From NCBI GenBank assembly GCA_951406725.2, contig OX597828.1, positions 74,958,001 through 75,022,000 of the forward strand: DNA of 64,000 bases. Reading direction: 5' to 3'. The DNA comes from Octopus vulgaris. Taxonomy: Eukaryota. Shown piece by piece: positions 63,575-64,000 of this stretch. The translations under genes and the position numbers were made by a program. Position 1 is the stretch's first letter. Every line of letters begins with the position of its first letter. The notes beneath the pieces are model-generated. The model was given only the letters and a program-made list of their open reading frames with translations. It had not been told where the DNA came from and ran no database searches.

Positions 63575-64000
63575 CTGAAACCAAAGAATGCAGAGCGAAA
63601 CATGAATTAAGACATTGTGTTAGGGGCTGGGATGGGCTAGGGGAATGATTTAAAATGGTTTCCCAGAGGATAATTAGGCCCTTTGAGTGAGTGAGAAATT
63701 TCTTCCATTTCATATATATAGATATATATACTCACACAAGACAGTAAAAATAAGAATGGACATTTATACATCCTCAAAAGCTTGTTTATTACAGTTTTAC
63801 GTACTATACATTCACTTTAAATCTCAGTCCAACATGTGTTTTTTTTGCATAAATTTGTAATAAATTTAATTCTTTCTGTGCAACCAAATGATCCATGGCC
63901 TGGTACTGATCTGTGGCCCAGTGGTTGGGTACCCCAGATCTACCTGACTCTCTAAGGACTCTAACAATTCACTGAACACACACACAAACTACAACATGAA

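Overview
AT-rich, repeat-dense eukaryotic DNA, most likely from an octopus (inferred from the SINE families, microsatellite load and intron structure; not verified by search). There are two convergent gene ends. The first is the 3' nine coding exons of SAP30BP (HCNGP family) on the + strand, 1927-12124, which splice through GT-AG sites into one open frame. The second is the probable 3' end of an unidentified minus-strand gene: a 31-nt exon at 63544-63574 and two phase-compatible candidate last exons at 56047-56138 and 46889-47025. The rest is nested transposon debris: Helitrons, a Buster-type hAT and hAT MITEs, TTAA-flanked MITEs, Tigger, mariner and maT/Tc1 relics, CR1/L2-group, RTE and Dong/R4-like LINEs, Penelope-like fragments, several SINE families and long microsatellites. 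The strongest unexplained signal is a set of type I hammerhead-ribozyme folds with palindromic helix III. One is nearly textbook (41341-41418, minus), and one carries a swapped G3:C8 core pair (22982-23031, minus) that standard CUGANGA searches would miss. Also notable: two independent hAT insertions at the same site of an RTE 3' tail, double-hairpin arrays in the RTE 3' UTR, a LINE/SINE shared tail with compensatory changes, a 356-bp foldback, and an exact 89-bp copy inside a microsatellite. All structures were folded by eye and repeat boundaries are approximate.
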